This document shows positions 8,435 to 20,697 of a stretch of DNA of 64,000 nucleotides, one piece after another; the first letter of the stretch is position 1, and each line of letters opens with the position of its first letter. The position numbers were made by a program, and so were the translations under genes. The notes beneath the pieces are model-generated. The model did not search any database. It saw nothing but the letters and a program-made list of their open reading frames with translations, and was not told the DNA's origin. The stretch comes from Maricaulis sp. (GTDB taxonomy: Bacteria; Pseudomonadota; Alphaproteobacteria; Caulobacterales; Maricaulaceae), in contig NZ_JAEPOL010000002.1 of assembly GCF_017642925.1 (NCBI RefSeq), positions 138,457-202,456 on the forward strand, read 5' to 3'.

Positions 8435-8722
8435 ATGACGATGACCAAGCCATCCCAAACTCACCAATCCCACCCGGAGATCGTCAAGCGGCTGAAGCGC
8501 GCCGATGGTCATCTTCGCGGCGTCATCGAGATGATCGAGGGCGGGCGGCCGTGCCTCGACATCGCCCAGCAGCTCCATGCCGTCGAGAAGGCTATCGCCC
8601 AGGCCAAGAAGACACTGATTCAGGATCACCTCGACCATTGCCTCGAAGAAGTGGTCGGGCCGCTCGGGCGTGATCGGCGGCAGTCGATCGACGAGTTCAA
8701 GGAAATAGCGAAGTATCTGTGA
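8435..8722 (+). CDS. nreA: Metal-sensing repressor, CsoR/RcnR family (NreA-like)
   Basis: HPEIVKRLKRADGHLRGVIEMIEGGRPCLDIAQQLHAV...DHLDHC metal-ligand pattern; coupled to an MFS gene. Confidence 0.85.
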   Translation: MTMTKPSQTHQSHPEIVKRLKRADGHLRGVIEMIEGGRPCLDIAQQLHAVEKAIAQAKKTLIQDHLDHCLEEVVGPLGRDRRQSIDEFKEIAKYL

Positions 8723-10035
8723 TGTTGGCGATCCTCGAAAACCGGACCTATCGCCACCTCTTTCTGGCACAGGTCATCGCACTGGTGGGAACCGGCCTTG
8801 CGACGGTGGCGCTGGGCCTGCTGGCTTTCGAACTGGCGGGGGCGGAGGCCGGCGCGGTGCTGGGGACCGCGCTCGCCATCAAGATGATCGCCTATGTCGG
8901 TGTCGCGCCGGTCGCATCGGCATTCGCCGAGCGTGTGCCGCGGCGCGCCATGCTGGTGGCGCTCGATCTCGTCCGCGCCGCCGTTGCCGTTTTCCTGCCT
9001 TTCGTCACCGAGATTTGGCAGGTCTATGTTCTGATCTTCGTGCTGCAATCGGCCTCGGCCGCCTTCACGCCGACCTTCCAGGCGACGATCCCCGACATCC
9101 TGCCGGACGAGAAGGAATACACGCGCGCGCTGTCGCTCTCCCGGCTGGCCTACGATCTGGAAAGCGTCGTCAGTCCGATGCTGGCGGCGGCACTTCTCGC
9201 CTTCATCTCGTTCCATAGCCTATTCGCCGGCACGGTGATCGGCTTCCTCGTCTCGGCGGCTCTGGTGATCTCGGTCGTCCTGCCGAGTCCGAAACCGTCG
9301 AAACCTCGTGGTATCTACGACCGCACGACGCGCGGCATCCGCATCTATCTGGCGACGCCGCGCCTGCGCGGGCTGCTGGCGATCAACCTCGCAGTCGCCT
9401 CGGCGGGCGCGCTGGTGATCGTGAATACGGTCGTTTACGTGCAGGCTGTCTATGGCCTCGACAACCAGGCGATGGCCCTGGCCCTCGCGGCGTTCGGTGG
9501 CGGCTCGATGGTCGCGGCGCTTGCGCTGCCGAAGCTGCTGGACTCGATTCCAGATCGAACGGCGATGCTCGGTGGCGCATCGCTGCTGGCGGTGGGAACA
9601 CTGGCGGCGGCGGCGCTGCCGGGCTACGGCTGGCTGTTGCCGCTGTGGTTCCTGCTCGGTGTCGGCTATTCCACGGCACAGACGCCATCCGGCCGGCTGC
9701 TCCGGCGCTCGGCCAATCCCGAAGACCGGCCGGCGCTGTTCGCCGCGCAGTTCGCGCTTTCCCATGCCTGCTGGCTGATCGCCTATCCGCTTGCCGGGTG
9801 GGCCGGCGCGACGCTCGGCCTGCCGATGACGGCGATCATTCTGGCCGCGCTGGCCGCTGTCGCGATCGGCATCGGCTTCGCCGTCTGGCCTGCCGACGAT
9901 CCAGAGGTGCTTGAACACGGTCATGCCGATCTGTCGGCCGACCATCCGCATCTCGCAGAAGCTGGGCATGGTCGACGCCATGCCCATGCCTATGTGATCG
10001 ACGACATGCACGCGGCTTGGCCGCGTGAGCGCTGA
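8719..10035 (+). CDS. nreB: MFS transporter, NreB-like nickel efflux
   Basis: MFS with multiple TM helices (YRHLFLAQVIALVGTGL, FTPTFQATIPD) and a His-rich C-terminus (HGHADLSADHPH...HAHAY). Confidence 0.85.
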   Translation: MMLAILENRTYRHLFLAQVIALVGTGLATVALGLLAFELAGAEAGAVLGTALAIKMIAYVGVAPVASAFAERVPRRAMLVALDLVRAAVAVFLPFVTEIWQVYVLIFVLQSASAAFTPTFQATIPDILPDEKEYTRALSLSRLAYDLESVVSPMLAAALLAFISFHSLFAGTVIGFLVSAALVISVVLPSPKPSKPRGIYDRTTRGIRIYLATPRLRGLLAINLAVASAGALVIVNTVVYVQAVYGLDNQAMALALAAFGGGSMVAALALPKLLDSIPDRTAMLGGASLLAVGTLAAAALPGYGWLLPLWFLLGVGYSTAQTPSGRLLRRSANPEDRPALFAAQFALSHACWLIAYPLAGWAGATLGLPMTAIILAALAAVAIGIGFAVWPADDPEVLEHGHADLSADHPHLAEAGHGRRHAHAYVIDDMHAAWPRER

Positions 10036-10046
10036 TCGCGCTCCCG

Positions 10047-10478
10047 TCAGGTTCTCTGGTCCGGCTCCGAGGGGAGCGCATATCGGATAACACGCAGATG
10101 GTCATCGTCCTCCAGCGTGACTTCAAGCACCTGGTTCACAAGGTCTGGATCGGCGTCAAGTTCGAGCAGGGCTTGCTCGAACAACTCCAACTGGAGGGCT
10201 CGCGTCATACCCTCGGGGCCATTGAGGCAGACCAGGCCGGCATGCAGATCGACACGGGCATATTGCCCTTTCTCGCCGGGGCGCGAGGCTGCGCCCCGGA
10301 AATCGACGGAATTGCGGGTCACGAAGGTCCAGTCGTCCTCGATGATGAGGGGGATGAGATCCCAGTCCTTCGCGCCCGAGCGGCCCAGCCAGACGACATG
10401 GGACGATTCCCCATGCCCCCTCTGGTGAGCCAGCTCGGTCAGCTTCGGGCTGAGGCATTCGTCGATCAGGAACTTCAT
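10047..10478 (-). CDS. DUF5615-family PIN-like toxin
   Basis: MKFLIDECLSP, FVTRNSVDF; overlaps the DUF433 gene stop. Confidence 0.8.
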   Translation of the reverse strand: MKFLIDECLSPKLTELAHQRGHGESSHVVWLGRSGAKDWDLIPLIIEDDWTFVTRNSVDFRGAASRPGEKGQYARVDLHAGLVCLNGPEGMTRALQLELFEQALLELDADPDLVNQVLEVTLEDDDHLRVIRYALPSEPDQRT

Positions 10479-11125
10479 CCGGCTCGCCTGCGCGGCACGC
10501 GATGATCCGAGAGGATGCGCGCACCTTCGGGCAGTCTGGCGATGAGCGGCTTCGGCCGTCCGCGAAGGGGGTTGGCCTCCGCATAGAGCGCGGCCAATTC
10601 CAGCCTGTCCTCGGTCAGAGACGGATAATCCTCAAGGATCTCCTTGGCGGGGACGCCCGCCGCCAATGCGGCCGCGACGTCGTGAACCGGAACGCGCGTG
10701 CCGCTGATGACCGGGGTGCCGCCCATGATGTCATCGGAGATGGTGACCACCTCGCGCGCGGCGTCCAGCCGTTCCAGCCGTGCGACGGAACGCTCGAAGA
10801 AGGGCAGAAGGTCGATGGTCAGGAAGTCGTGGCGAACGGTCCAGTCGGCTTTCAGCATGGCCTCGGTGGCTGCGCGGTTCCAGCGCCGCAACCGTGGCTC
10901 GGCGGAGCGGATGGCGAACAGGCGTTCCTCCGAGGTCAGCCGTTTGGCGCTCTCGAAATAGAAGGCGATCAGGGTGCAGGCGGCCCCTAGCACGAAACGT
11001 CCGTTTTCGACCGAGACCAGCGTTTCGGGCAGGATGCGCTCGTCGATGACGCGATTGACATCGCGCAGGCTGACGCGGGCGACCACGGCCGCCTCCGTGG
11101 CCTTCAGCATTTCAGTCGCGGGCAT
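10475..11125 (-). CDS. DUF433-domain antitoxin with N-terminal HTH-like region
   Basis: DIMGGTPVISGTRVPVHDV...EILEDYPSLTEDRLELAALYA DUF433 motif; start reassigned to ATG 11125 (GGAGG SD). Confidence 0.85.
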   Translation of the reverse strand: MPATEMLKATEAAVVARVSLRDVNRVIDERILPETLVSVENGRFVLGAACTLIAFYFESAKRLTSEERLFAIRSAEPRLRRWNRAATEAMLKADWTVRHDFLTIDLLPFFERSVARLERLDAAREVVTISDDIMGGTPVISGTRVPVHDVAAALAAGVPAKEILEDYPSLTEDRLELAALYAEANPLRGRPKPLIARLPEGARILSDHRVPRRRAG

Positions 11126-11226
11126 GGACGCCTCCAACCAATAAATCTTCCGATGTGTCGGAATATATATTGGAGGCGCCCCAATTTCAAGGCTGACCCA
11201 CGATCCGCCAGCCGTTTCCGCCATCC

Positions 11227-12585
11227 TCAAGCCGCCAGAGGCTGCGCCACGTCGGCGGTTCTGTCGTCGTTGCCTGCTGCCTTCTGAAGGAAGCGCGCGA
11301 GCGACGTCTTCCGGGAGTCCCGATCCAGCGCGTAGGCGGTCTGCTTGAACTCGATGCCATCGAGCAGGCCCTGAATGTAGCCAGCAATCGTGTCGGCCGC
11401 CATGATGAGGGCCGTGTCGACGGTGTGGATGTAATTGCTCGTGACAGACCCCTTGGCGTGACCGACGAGAGCGGCGATGGTGATCTCCGTGAACCCGAGA
11501 TCATTCGCTATGCTCGCGAAGCTATGGCGAAGAACGTGGGGAGTGACATCGGCAAGCGGGGAGTCCGTGAAGATCTTCTTCCAGTGATTGGGGAAGCTGC
11601 CGAACGCTCTGTCCTCATCACGGCCGGGAAACACATAAGTGCCGATACGCGACTTGGCGCGCTCTTCCAGATACTCCACGACAGGCAGCCCGATGGGCCG
11701 AATGGAATAGCCTTCCTTGCTGTCTTCAAGGCGCAGGCAACTGGCTTGGGCGTCAACTTCGCTCCAGCTTAGCCCGATCATTTCCGATCGGCGGCAACCC
11801 GTCATGGTGATCTGGCGGATGATCTCGACGGTCATGGCATAATTCTCGTTCTGCGCTGCTTTGCGCAGCAAGACACCAAGTAGGCGATACTCCGCCTCGG
11901 ACAGCCGACGCTTGCGGACGTTATCCTTCGGTTTCTTGATGCCATGCGCCGGGTTCCGCTCGATGATCCCAGCATCGACGGCATAGGTAAGAATACCGCC
12001 GAGAAGGCTGACGGTTCGAGCGGCAGTCCCAGGACCGCCGCGGACAATGGCCCTGCCTCTAAGCTTATCGGTCTTGACCGAAATCCGAGTTTTACCCGCC
12101 ATGACGTCTTTGAGGAGCTTGTTGACGTCGGATTTGGTCAAGTCACGCACCCGCCGACTGCCCAAGAGCGGGATGATGTGCCGGTTGATCCGCCCGGTAT
12201 CGGTCACAATCGTGCTGTGCTTCTTTGGACGGCCGCCTTTCCCCATGATGAGACCGGCGTTCATGTCATTCAGATAAAGAGTGCAGAGTTCCTTGACCGA
12301 CATGGACTTGCGATCGAGCTGCTTTTCCTCGGCCGGGTCTTCGCCGCGCGCGATCCTGCCAAGTTGGACCTTGGCCTCCTGGCGGGCCAGTTCTGGCGTC
12401 CAGATACCATGCAGGCCGATGGTGTAGCGCCGCGACCGTCCTCCCTGGCGATACTGGATCACATAGCTGCGCTTGCCTGATGTGAAGACACGAAGCCCGA
12501 AACCGGGTAGCTCATCGTCCCAGATCACGTAATCACTGCGACGGCTTTCCGCCGCATCGACGACGCGTTTTGTAAGTTTAGCCAT
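11227..12585 (-). CDS. Tyrosine recombinase/integrase 1 (Arm-DNA-bind_3/DUF4102 N-terminus)
   Basis: WDDELPGFGLRV arm-binding domain; catalytic TGCRRSE, DSK, HVLRHS, GH, NYIH. Confidence 0.95.
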   Translation of the reverse strand: MAKLTKRVVDAAESRRSDYVIWDDELPGFGLRVFTSGKRSYVIQYRQGGRSRRYTIGLHGIWTPELARQEAKVQLGRIARGEDPAEEKQLDRKSMSVKELCTLYLNDMNAGLIMGKGGRPKKHSTIVTDTGRINRHIIPLLGSRRVRDLTKSDVNKLLKDVMAGKTRISVKTDKLRGRAIVRGGPGTAARTVSLLGGILTYAVDAGIIERNPAHGIKKPKDNVRKRRLSEAEYRLLGVLLRKAAQNENYAMTVEIIRQITMTGCRRSEMIGLSWSEVDAQASCLRLEDSKEGYSIRPIGLPVVEYLEERAKSRIGTYVFPGRDEDRAFGSFPNHWKKIFTDSPLADVTPHVLRHSFASIANDLGFTEITIAALVGHAKGSVTSNYIHTVDTALIMAADTIAGYIQGLLDGIEFKQTAYALDRDSRKTSLARFLQKAAGNDDRTADVAQPLAA

Positions 12586-12763
12586 GGACTTCCTCCGTCA
12601 CATGCCCGAAAACCCGCGTAAGCACCACGTAAGCAGCAGGGCGAAAACCGTGGCGAACAGAAGGATAGGCTTGTCGGCGAAGGAAATCAAATTCCTTTTT
12701 ATTTACAGTAACATAGCGCATCATGGCGTGCCCCTTTCGGTAATCGACGGAGCTAGTCGTAAT

Positions 12764-12810
12764 CCCTCCGAAGGCAGAGGTCAGAGGTTCGAATCCTCTT
12801 GGGTGCGCCA
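12764..12810 (+). repeat. att site: 3' half of tRNA-Arg(CCG), direct repeat copy 1
   Basis: CCCTCCGAAGGCAGAGGTCAGAGGTTCGAATCCTCTTGGGTGCGCCA (anticodon loop, T-arm, CCA), identical to 37488-37534; no D-arm or 5' acceptor strand upstream. Confidence 0.92.
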
Positions 12811-13258
12811 TTATTTACAGCGCTCTACCACCGCATCCACCCGGACCGCGGCAAAACTTTCCAGCACATATTCAGCACATGCCTGCGAATAGACCCTTCG
12901 TCGTTTCTGGCATTAGCGCCCGCCAGAGCCTCTTAACCATTACGTGTTGGCGGACATAGGCGGTTGGACGAAGTCCCAGAAGTTTGGACAGATCAAGCTC
13001 CAAAAAGTCCAGAGCGACCGAGAAATATGTGTCGCGTGATGGCACGCCCGCTTTGGCGCAGGAGGAGACATCGCGATGCGCACGGCTCTAGGGTTTAGCG
13101 ATGCTGCTCAATCCTGAGACAGGACGCCATGTAGCCAAGTGGGTACAAGACTTTGTTCGCCGGCATCACCGGGGCAAAATCAAGTGATGCTTTGTGGTGC
13201 TGCCGTACACGTCCGTTCTGATCTGTATTCGCGGTCGGACCTGCTCTCCAGATCCCTA

Positions 13259-13615
13259 TCAAAACGGCAACCGCAACCCCAGTCGCGGCCCCAGCCACGT
13301 CATCGCGAGATACAGCCCCACGGTGACCACACAGCCCAGCATCAGGGACGGCCAGAAGCCGACGCCGCGACGCAGGAGAGTCGGGATCAGCAGGAACATG
13401 GGCAGGGACGGCAAGACAAACCAGAAGGTGGCCTCGGCGTGGTCGGCGAGCCGGTTCGTGTCTTTCGTCTCTTGCCATAGCCAGACCATGCCCAGGACGG
13501 AGACGATGGGCAGGGAAGCGACCAACGCTCCCATGGCCGCGCTGCGCTTGGCGGCTTCCGAAACGATGCCGACCAGGACACCGGAGATGAGGGATTTGAT
13601 GACCAGCCAAAGCAT
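13259..13615 (-). CDS. DUF3147-like small membrane protein
   Basis: KSLISGVLVGIVSEAAKRS...GALVASLPIVS...TFWFVLPSLPMF; about 4 TM helices. Confidence 0.75.
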   Translation of the reverse strand: MLWLVIKSLISGVLVGIVSEAAKRSAAMGALVASLPIVSVLGMVWLWQETKDTNRLADHAEATFWFVLPSLPMFLLIPTLLRRGVGFWPSLMLGCVVTVGLYLAMTWLGPRLGLRLPF

Positions 13616-13661
13616 TGTGTGCTCCGTTCGAATGGTGGTGAAAATCGGTCTGCCGGGCTCT

Positions 13662-14711
13662 TCAGCCGGCCCCTGATCTGAACAGCCGCCCCGACAACCG
13701 CAATGCAGGCTTCTCCACGAAGTGCCATGACAAGGCGGCCACCGCCGTCGATATCGGGACGCCTATCATCGCGAGCTGTAGCGGCGATGTTGCCCAGCCC
13801 CAATGCCAGATCAGTTGGAAGAGTGGGTAATGCCAGATGTACAGGCCGTAAGACCAATCCGGCAGGCCAGAACCGGTCGGCACTTGATCGAGCCACGCCA
13901 ACCCAGCCCACAGGATCAGCGTCGCCAGAACGAGGTTCCAGACGACCGGTGCGGCAGGGTGTTCGCCCAGTAGCCAAGCCATCGGCAAGACCACGGCTAG
14001 AGGGATCAGCGTCAGCGGGATGCGATCTCGCATTGTATATGCCGCCGCACCCAGCAGGAAGGCTGCTGCCAGCCGACTTCCCTCAATGAAGACGGCCGGT
14101 ACTTCCGGGTGCCGGAGGGCCAAATAGGCAGCCAGGGCTGACATGCCGATCCACAGCAGGCTGATCGTGAGCGGTCTCCACAGCGCCCGCGTGAAGAACA
14201 GCAATGCCGCAGCCGCATAGGCCAGGACTTCATAGCGCAGGGTCCACAGCGAGGCTGAGAACTCACCCGGTGCCGGATTGCCGGTGAAGACACCCGCCGG
14301 GCCACCAGAGGTGTCGGCAAAGAAGACTATGTTCGGGATGAAGAGCCAGGTCTGCGCAGACTGCCAGTAGGCCGCGGGAGACAGGCCGGTTGCGACCGGG
14401 CCGATGATCAGGACGGCCGCGAGCGCAAGCACGATGAGAGCAGGCCAGAGCCGCAACGCCCGCGCCACCACGAAGCGAAACAGGTTCCGCCGCCGCTCCA
14501 GACTCCCGGCAATGAGAAAGCCGGAGAGAATGAAGAAGCCATTCACGGCCAGATAGCCGAGCGACCAGCCCTGCAGACTGACAAGGGACTGGCTGCCCGT
14601 TCCCATCGCCACCACGAACACATGTTCGAGGATGACCAGGCTCGCCAAGACGACCCGGATCGGGGTGAAACGATTGTCGCGGCCCTGAAAGGCCTCGCCG
14701 ATACGGATCAT
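13662..14711 (-). CDS. Acyltransferase-3 family membrane protein
   Basis: DNRFTPIRVVLASLVILEH, AVNGFFILSGFLI, RALRLWP, SLWTLRYE, SYGLYIWH. Confidence 0.88.
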   Translation of the reverse strand: MIRIGEAFQGRDNRFTPIRVVLASLVILEHVFVVAMGTGSQSLVSLQGWSLGYLAVNGFFILSGFLIAGSLERRRNLFRFVVARALRLWPALIVLALAAVLIIGPVATGLSPAAYWQSAQTWLFIPNIVFFADTSGGPAGVFTGNPAPGEFSASLWTLRYEVLAYAAAALLFFTRALWRPLTISLLWIGMSALAAYLALRHPEVPAVFIEGSRLAAAFLLGAAAYTMRDRIPLTLIPLAVVLPMAWLLGEHPAAPVVWNLVLATLILWAGLAWLDQVPTGSGLPDWSYGLYIWHYPLFQLIWHWGWATSPLQLAMIGVPISTAVAALSWHFVEKPALRLSGRLFRSGAG

Positions 14712-14766
14712 GCCGCTCTCCAGGAACCCGATTGACGGCCCGGCCAGGCGACCGGGCCATCATCCA

Positions 14767-15456
14767 TCAGAACAGCCGGTTGAATTCGCTGTAGGCCCCC
14801 CGCGTGCGCAGGGTGACTGTCACGGCGACCTCGGAACGGTTGCGCCAGAACCAGCCATGAGCGCCGTCGAACTCGGCAGTGAACTCGCCGCTGTCGCCGG
14901 GCTCATTGCGACCCTGGCGGTAGGAGATGAAGGCATCCTGCGGGTTGTCACCGTGCAGGTCGGAGTTCAGACCGGCCTGATCGGTCGTCCACTCATAGAT
15001 GGCGACCTCCCCTTGCCGCATGGTCAGCTTGACCTCCGTGGCCTCGCCCGGCTGCAGGGTGATGGAGATCGTGTCGCGCCATTCCGGGGCGGCTGGCTCG
15101 GCCGGAGCTTCATCGGCCGGTGCGGCTTCCTCCGGTACCGCCGTTTCAACAGGCGTGTCCTGCGGGATGGCAGCGGCAGACGAGACGACTGCCTCCTGCG
15201 GTGCCGGTGTCTCGGTCTGCGGGGCAGTGCTGGTTTCACGGTCAACAGCGGCTTCCTCGGCCAGCTGCATCTTAATCTCGCCCATCTGGGTCAGGCCGAG
15301 GACGCGACCGATCCGGGTCGGGTCGATGCCGTATTCGGCGGGCAGGACGATGGTCACCAGGATGACGATGGCGGCCAACAGCGCCACCAGGGTGGATTTC
15401 AGAAGGCTCTCGCTGGACGGAAGATCGTCGCGGGACGGGAGTTGGGAATTGAACAT
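14767..15456 (-). CDS. Membrane-anchored protein (transmembrane anchor family) associated with metal RND clusters
   Basis: MFNSQLPSRDDLPS..., TM segment, LPAEYGIDPT, C-terminal GAHGWFWRNR; start reassigned to ATG 15456. Confidence 0.7.
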   Translation of the reverse strand: MFNSQLPSRDDLPSSESLLKSTLVALLAAIVILVTIVLPAEYGIDPTRIGRVLGLTQMGEIKMQLAEEAAVDRETSTAPQTETPAPQEAVVSSAAAIPQDTPVETAVPEEAAPADEAPAEPAAPEWRDTISITLQPGEATEVKLTMRQGEVAIYEWTTDQAGLNSDLHGDNPQDAFISYRQGRNEPGDSGEFTAEFDGAHGWFWRNRSEVAVTVTLRTRGAYSEFNRLF

Positions 15457-15479
15457 GGGTAGTCTCCGAAAGTCTGTGT

Positions 15480-16196
15480 CTACGCGACGAAATAGCCGGT
15501 GAGCTGATAGCCCATCAGGATGAAGCCGGCGCACATAAGGGCGGTGTTGGCGAGGTAAGCATGACGGGCAAAGCTCGCCGTGCGCCGCCAGAAGCCCATC
15601 GCGATCAGGATGGCTGCCAGGGCCAGGAGCTGGCCGATCTCGACCCCGACATTGAAGGCCAGCAGATTGGGCAGAAGCCCGTCCGGCGCGATGTCGTAGT
15701 CGATCAGCTTGGTCGACAGGCCGAAGCCGTGGAACAGGCCGAAGACCAGCGTGGCAGCCTTGGTGGAGGGTTGAACGCCGAACCAGCGCTGGAAAGCCCC
15801 CAGATTGTCCAGCGCCTTGTAGACGACGGACAGGCCGATAATGGCGTCGATCAGATAGGCGTTCAGCCCGATATTGAAGAAGACGCCGGCCAGCATGGTG
15901 GTGGAATGGCCGATGGCGAACAGGCTGACATAGATGCCGACATGCTTGAGCCGGTAGAGGAAGAAGACCACGCCGAACAGGAAGAGGAGGTGGTCATACC
16001 CCGTCACCATGTGTTTGGCGCCCAGATAGAGAAAGGGGATCAGATTGATGCCCGTGATCTCCTGGATATAGCCCTTGTCGCCCTCCGTGACCCCGTGGGC
16101 CAGCGCATCGCCGCCCACCAGAAAACACGCAGCGAGAGCTGCGAAGACCGCCCAGAGCGGTCGGTTTGAGCCCGAAACGGGCGGGAATGAAAACAT
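15480..16196 (-). CDS. HupE/UreJ family membrane protein (putative Ni/Co transport)
   Basis: LGAKHMVTGYDHLLFL, FGLFHGFG, FNVGVEIGQL; start reassigned to ATG 16196. Confidence 0.88.
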   Translation of the reverse strand: MFSFPPVSGSNRPLWAVFAALAACFLVGGDALAHGVTEGDKGYIQEITGINLIPFLYLGAKHMVTGYDHLLFLFGVVFFLYRLKHVGIYVSLFAIGHSTTMLAGVFFNIGLNAYLIDAIIGLSVVYKALDNLGAFQRWFGVQPSTKAATLVFGLFHGFGLSTKLIDYDIAPDGLLPNLLAFNVGVEIGQLLALAAILIAMGFWRRTASFARHAYLANTALMCAGFILMGYQLTGYFVA

Positions 16197-16266
16197 GTGA
16201 TACTCCGAAGTGAAGTCGGGTCGTTGACCCGGTCCGGGCATTAAGCCCGAACCGGGTCACAAGGGA

Positions 16267-19443
<3,177 letters not shown>

Positions 19444-20697
19444 CTAGTGATCGTGGCTCGCGCCGGACTTCATGATGTCGGCGGTGATCAGGAAGGCGTT
19501 CTCGCTGACATAGGTCACACCTGGATCAATGCCGCCCAGGATTTCCGTCCATTCCGGTGTCTGGCGACCCAGGTCCAGCATGCGGACCTCATAGGTGTTC
19601 CCGACCTGGGCATAGACGACCGTGAAGTCGCGGAAGCGCTGCAAGGCATCCGTGCGGACGGCGAGCGGCACATCGAATTCACCCACTTCGATACGGGCGC
19701 GGATGCGTTCACCGGGTCGCCATTGGCCATCCTCATTGGGGATTTCCACATGGGCGATGGCCCGCTGGCTGGCCGGATCGATCATCGGGGAGAGGAATTC
19801 GATCTCGCTCTCCACACTGCGTCCACCATCAAAGCTGGTCACATGAACCGGCTGACCAGTCGCCACAGAGCCCAGATCGCCGGGATAGATGAAGAGTTCG
19901 GCATGCAGCTGGCTGGGATCGGCGACGACATAGAGCGGCTCGCTGCCGGTCGGACCGTTCAACGTCGCCCCGCGTTCCACCACGACACCGCTGATTGGCG
20001 AGGTGACGGAATAGGTCTGCAGACTGTCCGTGGCCGTGATGCGGGCCAGGGTCTGACCGGCTTCAACACGATCCCCGATGCTGGCATTGAGGGCGACGAC
20101 ACGCCCCGGCAGCCAGCCGCGCAGCTCGGCGCGACCTTCCGGCATCAGTTCGATCTCGCCATAGACCTCGACCGTCTCGTCCAGCGTCGCCGGCCCGGTG
20201 ACGGATACGGCAATGCCGCCTGCTTCGGCCTGTTCGGCGGAGATGGTGGTGCGGCCCTCATACGACTCATACTGCCAGCGTCCGTTCACGCCCGGCATGG
20301 AAGCTGTGACCGCCACATCGAAGGAGTGGGGTTCGGTCACCACACCATCACCGCGCAGGAAGTCTTCCTGGGGGGCAAAGGCAAAACGGTCGACCTGTCC
20401 GCCCAGACGCGTCAGTTCGATGGTGGCATTGACGCGCGAGGGATCAACCGACTGTCCGTTGAGATAAGGGAAAAGGCGGAATTCGGGATCGACCCCGTCC
20501 TCGAAAATGGTGAGTTCCAGAGCGAAATCGCCCTGGCGCAGCATGCGGCCGCGATGCGGGCCACGCTCATACTCTTCGGCTGCGGCTTCACCATGGCCTC
20601 CCCCTTCGGAGGCTTCCGGGGTGCTAGGGGAACAGGCGATCAGCATAAGTGCCGTGGAGCCGCACAGGGCGGCCGTGAAAATGTTTCGGATGGTCAT
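19444..20697 (-). CDS. czcB: RND periplasmic adaptor (CzcB-like)
   Basis: Lipoprotein-like N-terminus, GPHRGRML, SPISGVVVER, VPLAVRTDALQ; located between TolC and CzcA genes. Confidence 0.88.
   Translation of the reverse strand: MTIRNIFTAALCGSTALMLIACSPSTPEASEGGGHGEAAAEEYERGPHRGRMLRQGDFALELTIFEDGVDPEFRLFPYLNGQSVDPSRVNATIELTRLGGQVDRFAFAPQEDFLRGDGVVTEPHSFDVAVTASMPGVNGRWQYESYEGRTTISAEQAEAGGIAVSVTGPATLDETVEVYGEIELMPEGRAELRGWLPGRVVALNASIGDRVEAGQTLARITATDSLQTYSVTSPISGVVVERGATLNGPTGSEPLYVVADPSQLHAELFIYPGDLGSVATGQPVHVTSFDGGRSVESEIEFLSPMIDPASQRAIAHVEIPNEDGQWRPGERIRARIEVGEFDVPLAVRTDALQRFRDFTVVYAQVGNTYEVRMLDLGRQTPEWTEILGGIDPGVTYVSENAFLITADIMKSGASHDH

Larger units (their letters stand above)
1..12810. 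mobile_element. ICE-like integrative element 1 (right part; left end outside window), integrated at tRNA-Arg(CCG)
   Basis: Contains ArdC, ParB-like, thermonuclease and TA genes plus a tyrosine integrase next to a 3' tRNA-Arg fragment at 12764-12810. No conjugation genes are visible in this window. Confidence 0.8.

Noticed and set aside
8219-8770. 183-aa minus-strand ORF
   Set aside because: Antisense to the clear nreA-like gene and runs through the hairpin intergenic region.
12740-12810. Intact tRNA-Arg gene at either att copy (also 37460-37534)
   Set aside because: No 5' acceptor strand or D-arm precedes the anticodon arm, so both are 3' fragments.
13076-13187. Strong SD followed by a 13-aa ORF and a frameshifted 28-aa ORF; possible pseudogene or IS remnant near the island's left end
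   Set aside because: No recognisable family motif or terminal inverted repeats; too short to support.
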